From contig JBHLKY010000018.1 of NCBI GenBank assembly GCA_048886185.1, positions 19,151-51,150 on the forward strand: a stretch of DNA of 32,000 nt, in the 5' to 3' direction. The stretch comes from Candidatus Hermodarchaeota archaeon. Its GTDB lineage: Archaea; Asgardarchaeota; Heimdallarchaeia; Hodarchaeales; Hodarchaeaceae. The translations under genes and the position numbers were made by a program. The notes under the pieces were generated by a model that had not been told where the DNA came from, searched no databases, and was given only the letters and a program-made list of their open reading frames with translations. This document shows, piece by piece, positions 18,436 to 27,018 of the stretch (within the stretch, counting starts at the first letter, position 1; each line of letters begins with the position of its first letter).

Positions 18436-19911
18436 CTATAGCTCTTTTGAAAATTGATGAAAGAGTTTAGCCACAAATAGTTCGAATTCTTTAATACCTC
18501 CAACGTTGGGGTTATTAGATTTAATAACTGCATATTCAAGAGGTGAATGAGCACGTCCACCATGACCTAGCCCGCCATAAACAAATGGAAGTTTGAGAAT
18601 CGAATGGAACAATGAAAAAGGAGCTGATCCAGCCAATAGAGGATAAAAAACAGGCCTTTTATTGAATTTCTCATAGATTTTTGCAGTCATTTGAATTAAA
18701 GGATGAGATGGAGACATTTTAGCAGGCCCATAGCCTGCTCCTAATTCTAACTCCACCATAGGGAATTTCTCCTTAACATATGTCTGATAACATTTTTTGA
18801 CATAATCTACCTCTTGAAATGGAGGTAAACGAATATCTAAATTAGCGTGAGCTTCATGGGGAATTATCGTCATACTCCCTTTTCCATAATACCCACTTTC
18901 GATACCATTTATCGATAATCCTGGTTTAAACACTTGCTCGATAATGGCTTCTTCCCCTACTAATTCAATACCATTTTTATCTCTGAATTTTGATACGCTT
19001 ATTGACTCTTTCATGGTGTCAAATTTTAATTCTTCGAGAAGTGTTTTTATGACTTCTTTGTCTTCCTCAGATGGGCCAACAATATTTGGATCATCCATGA
19101 TTCCTGGTACAAGAATCTCATTAGTATTATCATTTTTCAACGCTTGTAATACCTCAATAAGTTTGAAAACTGGGCTTTGTACCAATCCAGAAAAAGAGGA
19201 ATGCAAATTATGACCGATAGGACCTCCCCACTCACCTCCACGGCAGGACATTTTTGCTTCAATTACTCCTCTTACTCCTAAAAAGAACTTTATAGAACCA
19301 TCATGACTTTCAAAAAACATTGGAAAGAAGAGAGCAGTGCTTTTCATCAATTTATCTTGATATTCGTTAATGAAAGGTCTTAAATGGGGAGATCCAAGCT
19401 CTTCTTCCCCTTCTAACGCGAAAATGATGTTTATTGGTAATTCACCGTCTTCTTGTAAGAATGTTTCTAAAACATTGAAAGTTGCTAATGTAGGCCCTTT
19501 TTGATTTTGGACTCCACGGTTCAATAAACATTTTCCTGAAAACCCTGGAAACCATTCAAATTCATGAACCTCTGCTCCAAAAGGATCGACTTTTTTCCCA
19601 TTTAATACCCATTTCTCTGGATAAACTGGTTGGACATCATACATACTGTAAAATAAGAGTGTAGGCTTGTGTTTATCCATCCATATTTCACCATAGATTT
19701 GGGGATGGCCAAATTCATTTCCCATGGTTTCAGCTAGATGAATATTCTCACCACCCAAATTTTTGATCTTTCTCATCAGTATTTCCGTTGTTTCACGAAT
19801 TCCTTCACCTGTTGCTGATACTGAAGGTTGTTTAAGAAATTTCTGAATTTTTGGAAGGTCTTTGTTCATGAATTCATTTTCAATTCGATCTAGAACATCT
19901 TTTAAAGTCAT
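18436..19911 (-). CDS. M20/M25/M40-family metallopeptidase (ArgE/DapE-like)
   Basis: YSMYDVQP, NRGVQNQKG, EGEEELGSP, AHSPLEY. Likely start ATG 19911 (MTLKDVLDRIE) rather than 20025. Confidence 0.85.
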   Translation of the reverse strand: MTLKDVLDRIENEFMNKDLPKIQKFLKQPSVSATGEGIRETTEILMRKIKNLGGENIHLAETMGNEFGHPQIYGEIWMDKHKPTLLFYSMYDVQPVYPEKWVLNGKKVDPFGAEVHEFEWFPGFSGKCLLNRGVQNQKGPTLATFNVLETFLQEDGELPINIIFALEGEEELGSPHLRPFINEYQDKLMKSTALFFPMFFESHDGSIKFFLGVRGVIEAKMSCRGGEWGGPIGHNLHSSFSGLVQSPVFKLIEVLQALKNDNTNEILVPGIMDDPNIVGPSEEDKEVIKTLLEELKFDTMKESISVSKFRDKNGIELVGEEAIIEQVFKPGLSINGIESGYYGKGSMTIIPHEAHANLDIRLPPFQEVDYVKKCYQTYVKEKFPMVELELGAGYGPAKMSPSHPLIQMTAKIYEKFNKRPVFYPLLAGSAPFSLFHSILKLPFVYGGLGHGGRAHSPLEYAVIKSNNPNVGGIKEFELFVAKLFHQFSKEL

Positions 19912-20232
19912 GATAATCACTATTTTGGTTTCATCATTTTTTCTCAAGGAATAAGGAATCAATAGGCCATTCAGGCCAATCTTATCTTTGGTAAACACAT
20001 TTGAATTTATTATTCTTATCCTCATGTTTTTTGGAGTACTTATTGTCTTTCTATTGTTCTATCTATATATTACTTTTCTTCTAGCATAAAATTCCTACTT
20101 TAGGTGAGTATAACTTATCCCAATACAATCAAATTTACTCATTAAAAATATTAAAAGTTTAATGGCCATACCTCAAAAGGAACTGTTTTTTACCATATTA
20201 TAAACGCCTTATTTCATTGGTAGGTATTAATA

Positions 20233-21093
20233 ATGATTATTAAAAGTTTAGAAACTATCAGTTTAAGTGAGATCACTAAGACTTTTAACGAGGCCTTTGC
20301 AGATTATGTAATACAATTCACTGCAACAGAAGAATACCTACAAACGAGATGGAAAGGAGCAGGAGTAGATTATAAACTATCCTATGGGGGATTTGAGAAT
20401 GATACCCTCGTAGGTTTCATTATTCATGGAATTGACAATTGGAATGGTTTGAAAACGGCTTTCAATGTAGGAACAGGGGTAATACCTGAGTACAGAGGAA
20501 AAAGAATGGTCAAAAATATTTATGACTATGCAATACCAAAGCTAAAGAAACACGGAATACAGCAGTGTCTTCTAGAAGTCATTCAAGAAAATGAAAGAGC
20601 AATAAGAGCTTATCACAGGATAGGATTTAAAGAGGGGAGGGAATTAATAAGTCTCACTTATACTTCTGAGGCAAATCAAGTTGAACATGGAGTGAATACA
20701 CAGATTCAGTTTGAAATTGAAGAGAATATAAGACACGTAAACTGGGACATTATACAAACTTTTTGGGATTTTTACCCATCTTGGGAGAATTCAATTTCAG
20801 CTTTAATACGAAGTGCTGAAATATATCATTATCTAGGAATGCTAAAGGACAAGAGGTTAATCGGTTACGTTATTTTTAATCCAAAAACTGGTTATATACC
20901 TCAATTTGGGGTTGCAAAAGGGGAAAGGGGAAAAGATTATGCCAGAAATTTATTCAATAAACTAGCTACCCTTAATAATCGATTCTCCATTATCAATGTA
21001 GAGAAGCAGGCGAACCAAACACTGAAGTTTCTCACCACTTATGGGTTTAAAAAATTCATTAGTCAGTATGAAATGAAAAAAATTCTAGAATAA
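20233..21093 (+). CDS. Tandem GNAT-family N-acetyltransferase
   Basis: GTGVIPEYRGKRMV motif A, NERAIRAYHRIGF motif B, degenerate second GNAT half. Confidence 0.8.
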   Translation: MIIKSLETISLSEITKTFNEAFADYVIQFTATEEYLQTRWKGAGVDYKLSYGGFENDTLVGFIIHGIDNWNGLKTAFNVGTGVIPEYRGKRMVKNIYDYAIPKLKKHGIQQCLLEVIQENERAIRAYHRIGFKEGRELISLTYTSEANQVEHGVNTQIQFEIEENIRHVNWDIIQTFWDFYPSWENSISALIRSAEIYHYLGMLKDKRLIGYVIFNPKTGYIPQFGVAKGERGKDYARNLFNKLATLNNRFSIINVEKQANQTLKFLTTYGFKKFISQYEMKKILE

Positions 21094-21102
21094 GATAATA
21101 GA

Positions 21103-21499
21103 TTAGCTCCGCAATGAGCTAATGACTCTTTGTAATTTATCTTTCACTTCCATAGCTATTGATTCCATTTGAGGGTTCCCAATCATCTTGAACATCTTCT
21201 CTGGGTTTATTGCAACAATTTTTGTTTTTTACCTTCCTCTTATTCCTGAATAATTACATTGCAAGACAATAATAGACTAACTGATCTTTCAATATCAATA
21301 GCTTTTTTTGAATAGGGGGGATTACATGCCCCAAGAATCATGTAGCGCTCGAATTCAGCATTTAACTTCTCTTTAAGGGTTTTTTCAAATCAATTTCAGT
21401 TAAGACGCCAAAATTTTCTTTTTATAATGCTTCAATTGTTTTTATAACAACTATATCTTATTCTTCGTTTAAAATAACACTAATCTCATAAGCTGTCAT
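21103..21499 (-). pseudogene. DUF302-family pseudogene; not in the ORF track
   Basis: Reconstruction MTAYEISVILNEE*DIVVIKTIEAL*KENFGVLTEIDLKK/TLKEKLNAEFERYMILGACNPPYSKKAIDIERSVSLLLSCNVIIQE*EEG/KIVAINPEKMF...VISSLRS*. Contains FGVLTEID, ILGACNP and LLxCNV motifs, three premature TAA and two frameshifts in A6 runs. Confidence 0.85.
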
Positions 21500-21600
21500 A
21501 TCAATAACCGTTTCCCTTGATAATTCTATTTAGATATAACTGTATCTTCTAATCTGATCAGACTATTAATTTATTAGTCAAAAAAAGAAGAGAGAATGAC

Positions 21601-22689
21601 TCAGAAATCAAGAGTCTGATTCTTAAAAGATTGAGCCAAAGCAATCCCATAAGCAATAGATTGATTAGTAACCACTCCTAGAATATTGCAGGGGACATTA
21701 CTATCAAGAACAGGAATTAATCGTGTTTTCTCCTTTGTCATTAACTTATAGGCATCAAGAAGTGGACGATCAGGTGGAATTGCCACAGATCTAATCATTA
21801 AATCAGCAACAACTGCGTTCTCTCTGGATTCAGGACTTACTTTGATGATGTCATCCCATGTAATTACTCCTAGAAGATCACCTTCATAACAAACAATGAG
21901 GTCACTAATTCTAGCACGAAACATTAATTCCAAAGCTACATTTAAGGGAGTAGTAGGAGCAACTGTCATATTATTGTCCATAGAAAGCATGACATCTCCG
22001 ACTCGTAAAGGTTTAAGGATAGTTGTTATTTTAGTTGCTTGTAGCTCTTGAGAAGCACCCCAATAAATGAAGAATCCAAGGATTACGAACCATAGATTAC
22101 TAATGAATCCTACTAGTAACATAATGAGAGCGAAGAACCGCCCAATACTAGCTGCAGTTTCTGTTGCTTCAATCAAATCTTTTTTCCAAAGAGCAAGAGA
22201 GGCTCTCAGAATTCGCCCACCATCCATCGGAAAAGCAGGGATCAGATTAAAAAAAGCTAAGATTATATTCAGAACACCAACGTCTAGGAAGATAAAGCCA
22301 GTACCAATGACGAAAAATGGTGTCACAGATAGTTGAATCGGAAATAAGAAGTGAAATATAAGAGAAGATATTCCAATTATCAAGCTAGTTAATGGCCCTA
22401 TTGCTGCGACTCTCCATTCGACTTTAGGATCGTCTGGAATATCTTCAATTTGTGCAGCACCACCAATTGGATAAAGGACAATTCTATTCACAGCCAGTAA
22501 ATTACGCTTTGCAAGAAGTGAATGAGCTAGTTCATGAATTGTTACTGATAAAAAAAGCAACCCTAATAGTAGAACAGCGTAAATCTCTGGAAAAGTTAGT
22601 ATGAATAATAACAAAAATAGCCCAATGAAAGTAATATGTAATTCTAGATCTATACCCTTTATGCTAATAATTTTGTATGAATACTTCAT
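21601..22689 (-). CDS. Site-2 protease (M50 family) with CBS domain pair
   Basis: HELAH zinc motif, AAIGP, FNLIPAFPMDGGR, C-terminal CBS pair (LRVGDVM...). Confidence 0.9.
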   Translation of the reverse strand: MKYSYKIISIKGIDLELHITFIGLFLLLFILTFPEIYAVLLLGLLFLSVTIHELAHSLLAKRNLLAVNRIVLYPIGGAAQIEDIPDDPKVEWRVAAIGPLTSLIIGISSLIFHFLFPIQLSVTPFFVIGTGFIFLDVGVLNIILAFFNLIPAFPMDGGRILRASLALWKKDLIEATETAASIGRFFALIMLLVGFISNLWFVILGFFIYWGASQELQATKITTILKPLRVGDVMLSMDNNMTVAPTTPLNVALELMFRARISDLIVCYEGDLLGVITWDDIIKVSPESRENAVVADLMIRSVAIPPDRPLLDAYKLMTKEKTRLIPVLDSNVPCNILGVVTNQSIAYGIALAQSFKNQTLDF

Positions 22690-22861
22690 TTTTCTTCAAA
22701 ATTAATGTGTTAACAATTGTTCATTAATTTATTTGTATCCTTTTCGTAGTATTTTATCTTTATTAAATTCCTAGTAGGCTTTTTGATAAGATACAAGAAT
22801 GAAGTTTAAGATTTTTAGACTTCAATAATAAAGGTAGAACCACGCCCAGATGGATTAGTCA

Positions 22862-22882
22862 CGATATTGAGCTTCAATATCG
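22862..22882. repeat. Inverted repeat CGATATTGA-GCT-TCAATATCG
   Basis: Perfect 9-bp arms with a 3-nt spacer, between the ICMT-like stop and the M50 start. Confidence 0.6.
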
Positions 22883-22956
22883 ATCGACTCCTTAACTGAA
22901 TCATCAAACATGAGTTAATAATGATATTCAATTGTAATATTAACACACTATAGGAG

Positions 22957-23577
22957 TTAAAATCTTAGTTTTGGAATTAGCATGGGTACTTTGGTTTTGT
23001 ACTCTTCGTATTCTTTACCAAACTCCTTCACAAGCTCTATTTCCTCTTTCCATGCAATAAAAAGGATATAAATAAATAATAAAGGGGTGAAAACCAAAGA
23101 ATAAAGTGCAGAAAAAAGAACGGAAATTGATAGGTGTGCTAATAATGCCCCAAGATACTGAGGGTGTCTTATGAGGGAATAAACCCCTGTGATGACAACT
23201 TTTTCAGGCCGATGAGTTTCAGCTACTTTAAGGGTTACTTCTTTTACACCCATAAGAGCAAACCACAATACAATTATAATACTGGGAATGAAAATTAAAA
23301 CATGTATCAAAGGAATTGTGAAATCAATAATTGGGATTTTTAACTTCAGATCTGAAAAAATTGGAATTGTAAATCGAGGCTGTGGAGATATCCAGATACC
23401 AAACAAGAATAAAAAAAAGCCCCAACCTGAAATAAGTCCGAGAGTATCTCCAATCTTTATACCTCTCTCTTTACCAAATCTATCCTGTAATTTGACATGT
23501 TCAAGGGACCAAATATAGATGGGGAAAATTATTAATTCACCCAAAACACTGATCCAAAACCAAAAACTCATTTCCAT
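22957..23577 (-). CDS. Isoprenylcysteine carboxyl methyltransferase / PEMT-family membrane methyltransferase
   Basis: VITGVYSLIRHPQYLG and EEIELVKEFGKEYEEYKTKVPMLIP family motifs; several TM helices. Confidence 0.85.
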   Translation of the reverse strand: MEMSFWFWISVLGELIIFPIYIWSLEHVKLQDRFGKERGIKIGDTLGLISGWGFFLFLFGIWISPQPRFTIPIFSDLKLKIPIIDFTIPLIHVLIFIPSIIIVLWFALMGVKEVTLKVAETHRPEKVVITGVYSLIRHPQYLGALLAHLSISVLFSALYSLVFTPLLFIYILFIAWKEEIELVKEFGKEYEEYKTKVPMLIPKLRF

Positions 23578-23637
23578 CAGATTTTTTTTTAAACCAAAAT
23601 GAAATTAAAATCTTTTTCTTTATTCTGTAATATAACT
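23538..23637. repeat. Copy A of a diverged ~100-bp direct repeat (5' end and upstream region of the ICMT-like gene)
   Basis: Aligns by eye with 24624-24722: shared CACCC, ACTGATCCAAAA, AAAAACT, GATTTTT, AATGAAA and TTTCTTTA blocks. Confidence 0.7.
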
Positions 23638-23661
23638 AATACTTCTCTACTCTAAACATGA

Positions 23662-23754
23662 TGGTTAGCCATAAATCTATATCAAGAGTTTCATAGCATT
23701 GGATTAGGTTCTTTAATGCTTAATGTCATTCTTAAACATGCAAAAAACGAATGA
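23662..23754 (+). pseudogene. GNAT acetyltransferase fragment
   Basis: WLAINLYQEFHSIGLGSLMLNVILKHAKNE* resembles the acetyl-CoA-binding motif A; bounded by stops, no usable start. Confidence 0.4.
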
Positions 23755-23966
23755 TGGTAATAGTAAAAGTGTTGAATAAATAAAAAAATATTCTCAATTG
23801 CAAATAGTCCAGAAAGATTTTAATATATTAATTTTTGATTCAAAAAAAGTAATCAATTTCAGCTTTGAACATTCCTAATGGATAATTGAAATTCCGATCA
23901 CCACATTGAAAGTATAAAACTAATTGAATATAATAGAATATAACAATATGCTGATAGAGTAACAAT

Positions 23967-24569
23967 ATGCTGAATAAAATGAATAAACTAATAAAAACCT
24001 ATCCAACAATTGGTACATGTGGTCTTGATTGTGGCTTATGCCCAAGATACTATACTGCAGGCCCTTCAAGATGTCCTGGATGCTGTGGTCCTAACTTCTT
24101 TAACAAACATCCATCATGTTCCTTCATAACGTGTTGTGTCAAGAAAAAAAAACTTGAAGTTTGTGCTGAATGTTCTGAATTTCCATGTTCGAAATTCAAA
24201 GATGAGGAAGAATATCAGCAAATAGAAGAATCTTCTTCTTATCCACCATCCAAAAACATTATGTCAAATTTAAATTTTATAAAAGAACATGGAGTAAAGA
24301 AATTCATTGACCAACAGGAAAAAAGAATTAAATTACTTGAAATAATGATAGAAAATTTTAATGATGGAAGATCAAAAAGCTTTTTTTGCAAAGCGGTAGC
24401 TTTACTTGATTTGAGAAGTTTGGAGAACTCTTTGGGCGATGCAACCCGAAAAATAAAAATAAACAACATCAAATCAGACGATATTAAAAATCAAGCAAAA
24501 ATTCTCAAGAATATCCTTAATGAAGTTGCTCTTAAAGAGGGAGTTGAGTTAACCAAGCAAAAGAGGTAA
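23967..24569 (+). CDS. DUF3795-family Cys-rich protein
   Basis: CGLDCGLCP...CPGC...CSFITCC...CAECSEFPC pattern. Confidence 0.8.
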   Translation: MLNKMNKLIKTYPTIGTCGLDCGLCPRYYTAGPSRCPGCCGPNFFNKHPSCSFITCCVKKKKLEVCAECSEFPCSKFKDEEEYQQIEESSSYPPSKNIMSNLNFIKEHGVKKFIDQQEKRIKLLEIMIENFNDGRSKSFFCKAVALLDLRSLENSLGDATRKIKINNIKSDDIKNQAKILKNILNEVALKEGVELTKQKR

Positions 24570-24623
24570 GAGTCTAATGGGGGAGGACAAAGATTCCATT
24601 GCATATCGAGGCTTCTGACAATA

Positions 24624-24722
24624 CACCCTAAATACTGATCCAAAATAAAAACTATTCATTACTATCGGATTTTTAAAAGCCAGAATGAAACTAAATTCAT
24701 TTCTTTACTTTGAAATACAATT
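24624..24722 (-). pseudogene. Copy B: relic 5' end and upstream region of an ICMT-like paralogue
   Basis: Minus strand reads ATG AAT AGT TTT then, shifted by one base, FLFWISI*GV, versus FWFWISVLGE in the intact gene. Confidence 0.6.
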
Positions 24723-24786
24723 TGTGATTAATAGCAATATTTTAACAGAAATATTCTTAAGATAAGTGGAAGTGATCTCTTGATTC

Positions 24787-25275
24787 ATGAAAGATGAACT
24801 AATTAATGCTATTTCTAGTGGGCTTCATGGTGATTATACCCATACAGATCCACTATTTATAATTAAAGGATTAACTCCCACAATTGCGAGGAAAAAACCC
24901 AAAAAAGCCGGTCACTCATGTTGGGAACTACTTCATCACATAGTTGTTTGGCAAGATATCCTTCTCAGGCATATTAAAGGAGAAGAACTAGATTGGCATG
25001 AAATCGAAAGTAGAGATAACTGGCCAACGAGTGAAGCATTGGAAGATGACTCCAATTTTTGGAGTCTCAAAAATAAATTTGAAGCAGATCTCAACGAAGT
25101 AAAGACTCTATTAAATGATATAGATTATACAAAGAAATCAAAAGGGTCTCCTGAATTATCTACAATTAAGTTGTTACTTGTTCTTTTACAACATACATCC
25201 TACCATATTGGTCAAATAATTACAGTCAGCCAAGTTTTAGGTGAACCAATAAAGCCTCCAACACCTGATGGGTAG
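24787..25275 (+). CDS. DinB/YfiT-superfamily protein
   Basis: HSCWELLHHI and QHTSYHIGQI histidine motifs. Confidence 0.8.
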   Translation: MKDELINAISSGLHGDYTHTDPLFIIKGLTPTIARKKPKKAGHSCWELLHHIVVWQDILLRHIKGEELDWHEIESRDNWPTSEALEDDSNFWSLKNKFEADLNEVKTLLNDIDYTKKSKGSPELSTIKLLLVLLQHTSYHIGQIITVSQVLGEPIKPPTPDG

Positions 25276-25319
25276 GATCAATTTGAGTTAATAGAGTAAC
25301 AAACTATTGACCAGGAAGA

Positions 25320-25766
25320 TCAATTTGATGAATGAATCATATAATAATGGGTTTCGGTTTCATCAGAGATAGCAAAACCCATCGTTTTGTAGAGTTTGAT
25401 CGCTTTATGATTAACCTTGAGAACTTGTAAAGCAATTCCTTTGTTCTCCTGTAATCCTTTATCTATAAGGTCTTGAATCACCGATTTACCAATTCCTAAG
25501 TTTTGAAACTCTGGGGAAATTTCAATAATATTTAAGAAAAGAGTATCCGGTTGTTCCTCAATAGAAATACAACCGATATCTTGTCCCTTTTTTTGAATAA
25601 TTAGGCATTTTTCTGGATTAAAGTTTTTCTGATGATAATCGCGTTGTATTTGTTCATTCCATCCCCAAGTTTGTGCGATATATTCCTTCATTGTCTTTTT
25701 CTTAAGTTGATAAAGAAACTCGGAATCTTCAGGCGTTGCAGAACGAAAATAAATCATTATTATCAT
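25320..25766 (-). CDS. GNAT-family N-acetyltransferase
   Basis: IEISPEFQNLGIG motif A, NHKAIKLYKTMGF motif B. Confidence 0.85.
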   Translation of the reverse strand: MIIMIYFRSATPEDSEFLYQLKKKTMKEYIAQTWGWNEQIQRDYHQKNFNPEKCLIIQKKGQDIGCISIEEQPDTLFLNIIEISPEFQNLGIGKSVIQDLIDKGLQENKGIALQVLKVNHKAIKLYKTMGFAISDETETHYYMIHSSN

Positions 25767-26019
25767 CTTAATCCTAATTTAGGTAGGACATTACCAGAAA
25801 AAATAAGTATATAAAATATGAGAAAAATTAGTTTAACCGCTAAAAAAGGAATTAAAAAGCCCAAGTAAATTTAGACCAAAATTAATTCCAAATAGATTTG
25901 GTATAATTTTCCAATTGGTTAAATTAAAAATCCTCCGCTTTGCCCAAAGGAAAATACTTTTATAGAGGGGAGTCTGTCTATAACATATTAAGAATTTTAC
26001 TACTGATGGCTTTATTTTC

Positions 26020-26049
26020 CATATTAGCATTTAAATGAGCGCTAATATG
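26020..26049. promoter_or_regulatory. Inverted repeat CATATTAGC-N12-GCTAATATG enclosing a TATA-like box
   Basis: Perfect 9-bp arms (26020-26028, 26041-26049). The spacer contains TTTAAATG at 26030-26037; GGAGG RBS at 26078-26082 precedes TTG 26090. Confidence 0.5.
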
Positions 26050-26089
26050 CCTTTGTGTAATTCTTATTATGCAAATCGGAGGATATGTC

Positions 26090-27013
26090 TTGGAAGACAA
26101 AAGTATTCGACATAAATTTGAACTTGCTCTTGAACATTTCATCGAACGAATCAAACTTGATAAGAATATTCTAGCTATCTTTGTAGCTGGTAGTGTTACT
26201 AATGGTATTGTTTGGGAACACTCGGATATTGACATGTTTATTATTACTAACGAACAAACTGTTCAACAAAATTTTTTAGCCATACAAGAGAATGATATCA
26301 ATATTTTTGCTAGTATTATGACTCGGAACGAATTTCGACAAATTTCTCAGCAGTTTGTACAAGGGAGTTTTTGGCATCACATCCTTTCCACAGGAAAACT
26401 TGTTTATGTGACAGATCAAGGAATTGCTGATTTTAATCGTGATTTGGAATGGGTTGCGGAACGAGATAAAGAAACACAGATTTTAGTTCGTACTGAACAG
26501 CTCATTGTAACTCTTTTTAAAGCCCAGAAAACACTTTTTGTAGAGGAGGACATTGTAAAGTCATTTAACTGGATCATCATGGCATTACAAGAACTAGCCC
26601 GAATTCTCATCCTTCGTGCAGGTCAGATTCCTGGAAGAGATGTCTTATCTCAAGTTAAACATTTAGATGGAATACTAGTAACTGGAGTCATTCAGTCTTT
26701 CAAAGAAGGCTATAATAAAGCAAACCTTGTAGAAGCTATCAATATAATTGAAGAATTTCTTGAGTCAAATAAGAATACATTATTTAAACCACTCTTTGAG
26801 TACTTGGAAGAAGCAGCAGGTGAACGAAGACAATCTGAGATTGATGACTACTTTAAGCGAGCTTTGGGCAATATCCCATTTTTCACGTTAGCAGAATCTG
26901 TTGAATGGTTAAGTCACAAAGGAGATCTTGTCAGAAGCGTATCTCCTAAACGAATTACTGCTAAAAGCCGTGTAACAGTGGATGAGATAACTGTTTATTA
27001 TGTAGGAGGGTAA
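26090..27013 (+). CDS. Pol-beta-superfamily nucleotidyltransferase domain, helical bundle and probable C-terminal winged helix
   Basis: VAGS...SDIDMFII (GS + DxD) motif, helical middle region, and PLFEYLEE...QSEIDDYF...VEWLSHKGDLVRS tail. TTG start chosen from GGAGG spacing (ORF track starts at 26069). Confidence 0.75.
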   Translation: MEDKSIRHKFELALEHFIERIKLDKNILAIFVAGSVTNGIVWEHSDIDMFIITNEQTVQQNFLAIQENDINIFASIMTRNEFRQISQQFVQGSFWHHILSTGKLVYVTDQGIADFNRDLEWVAERDKETQILVRTEQLIVTLFKAQKTLFVEEDIVKSFNWIIMALQELARILILRAGQIPGRDVLSQVKHLDGILVTGVIQSFKEGYNKANLVEAINIIEEFLESNKNTLFKPLFEYLEEAAGERRQSEIDDYFKRALGNIPFFTLAESVEWLSHKGDLVRSVSPKRITAKSRVTVDEITVYYVGG

Positions 27014-27018
27014 GAAAG

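Noticed and set aside
25833-26030. 65-aa minus-strand ORF in the spacer before the NTase operon
   Set aside because: No family motifs; overlaps the putative promoter; could be another relic but I cannot support it.
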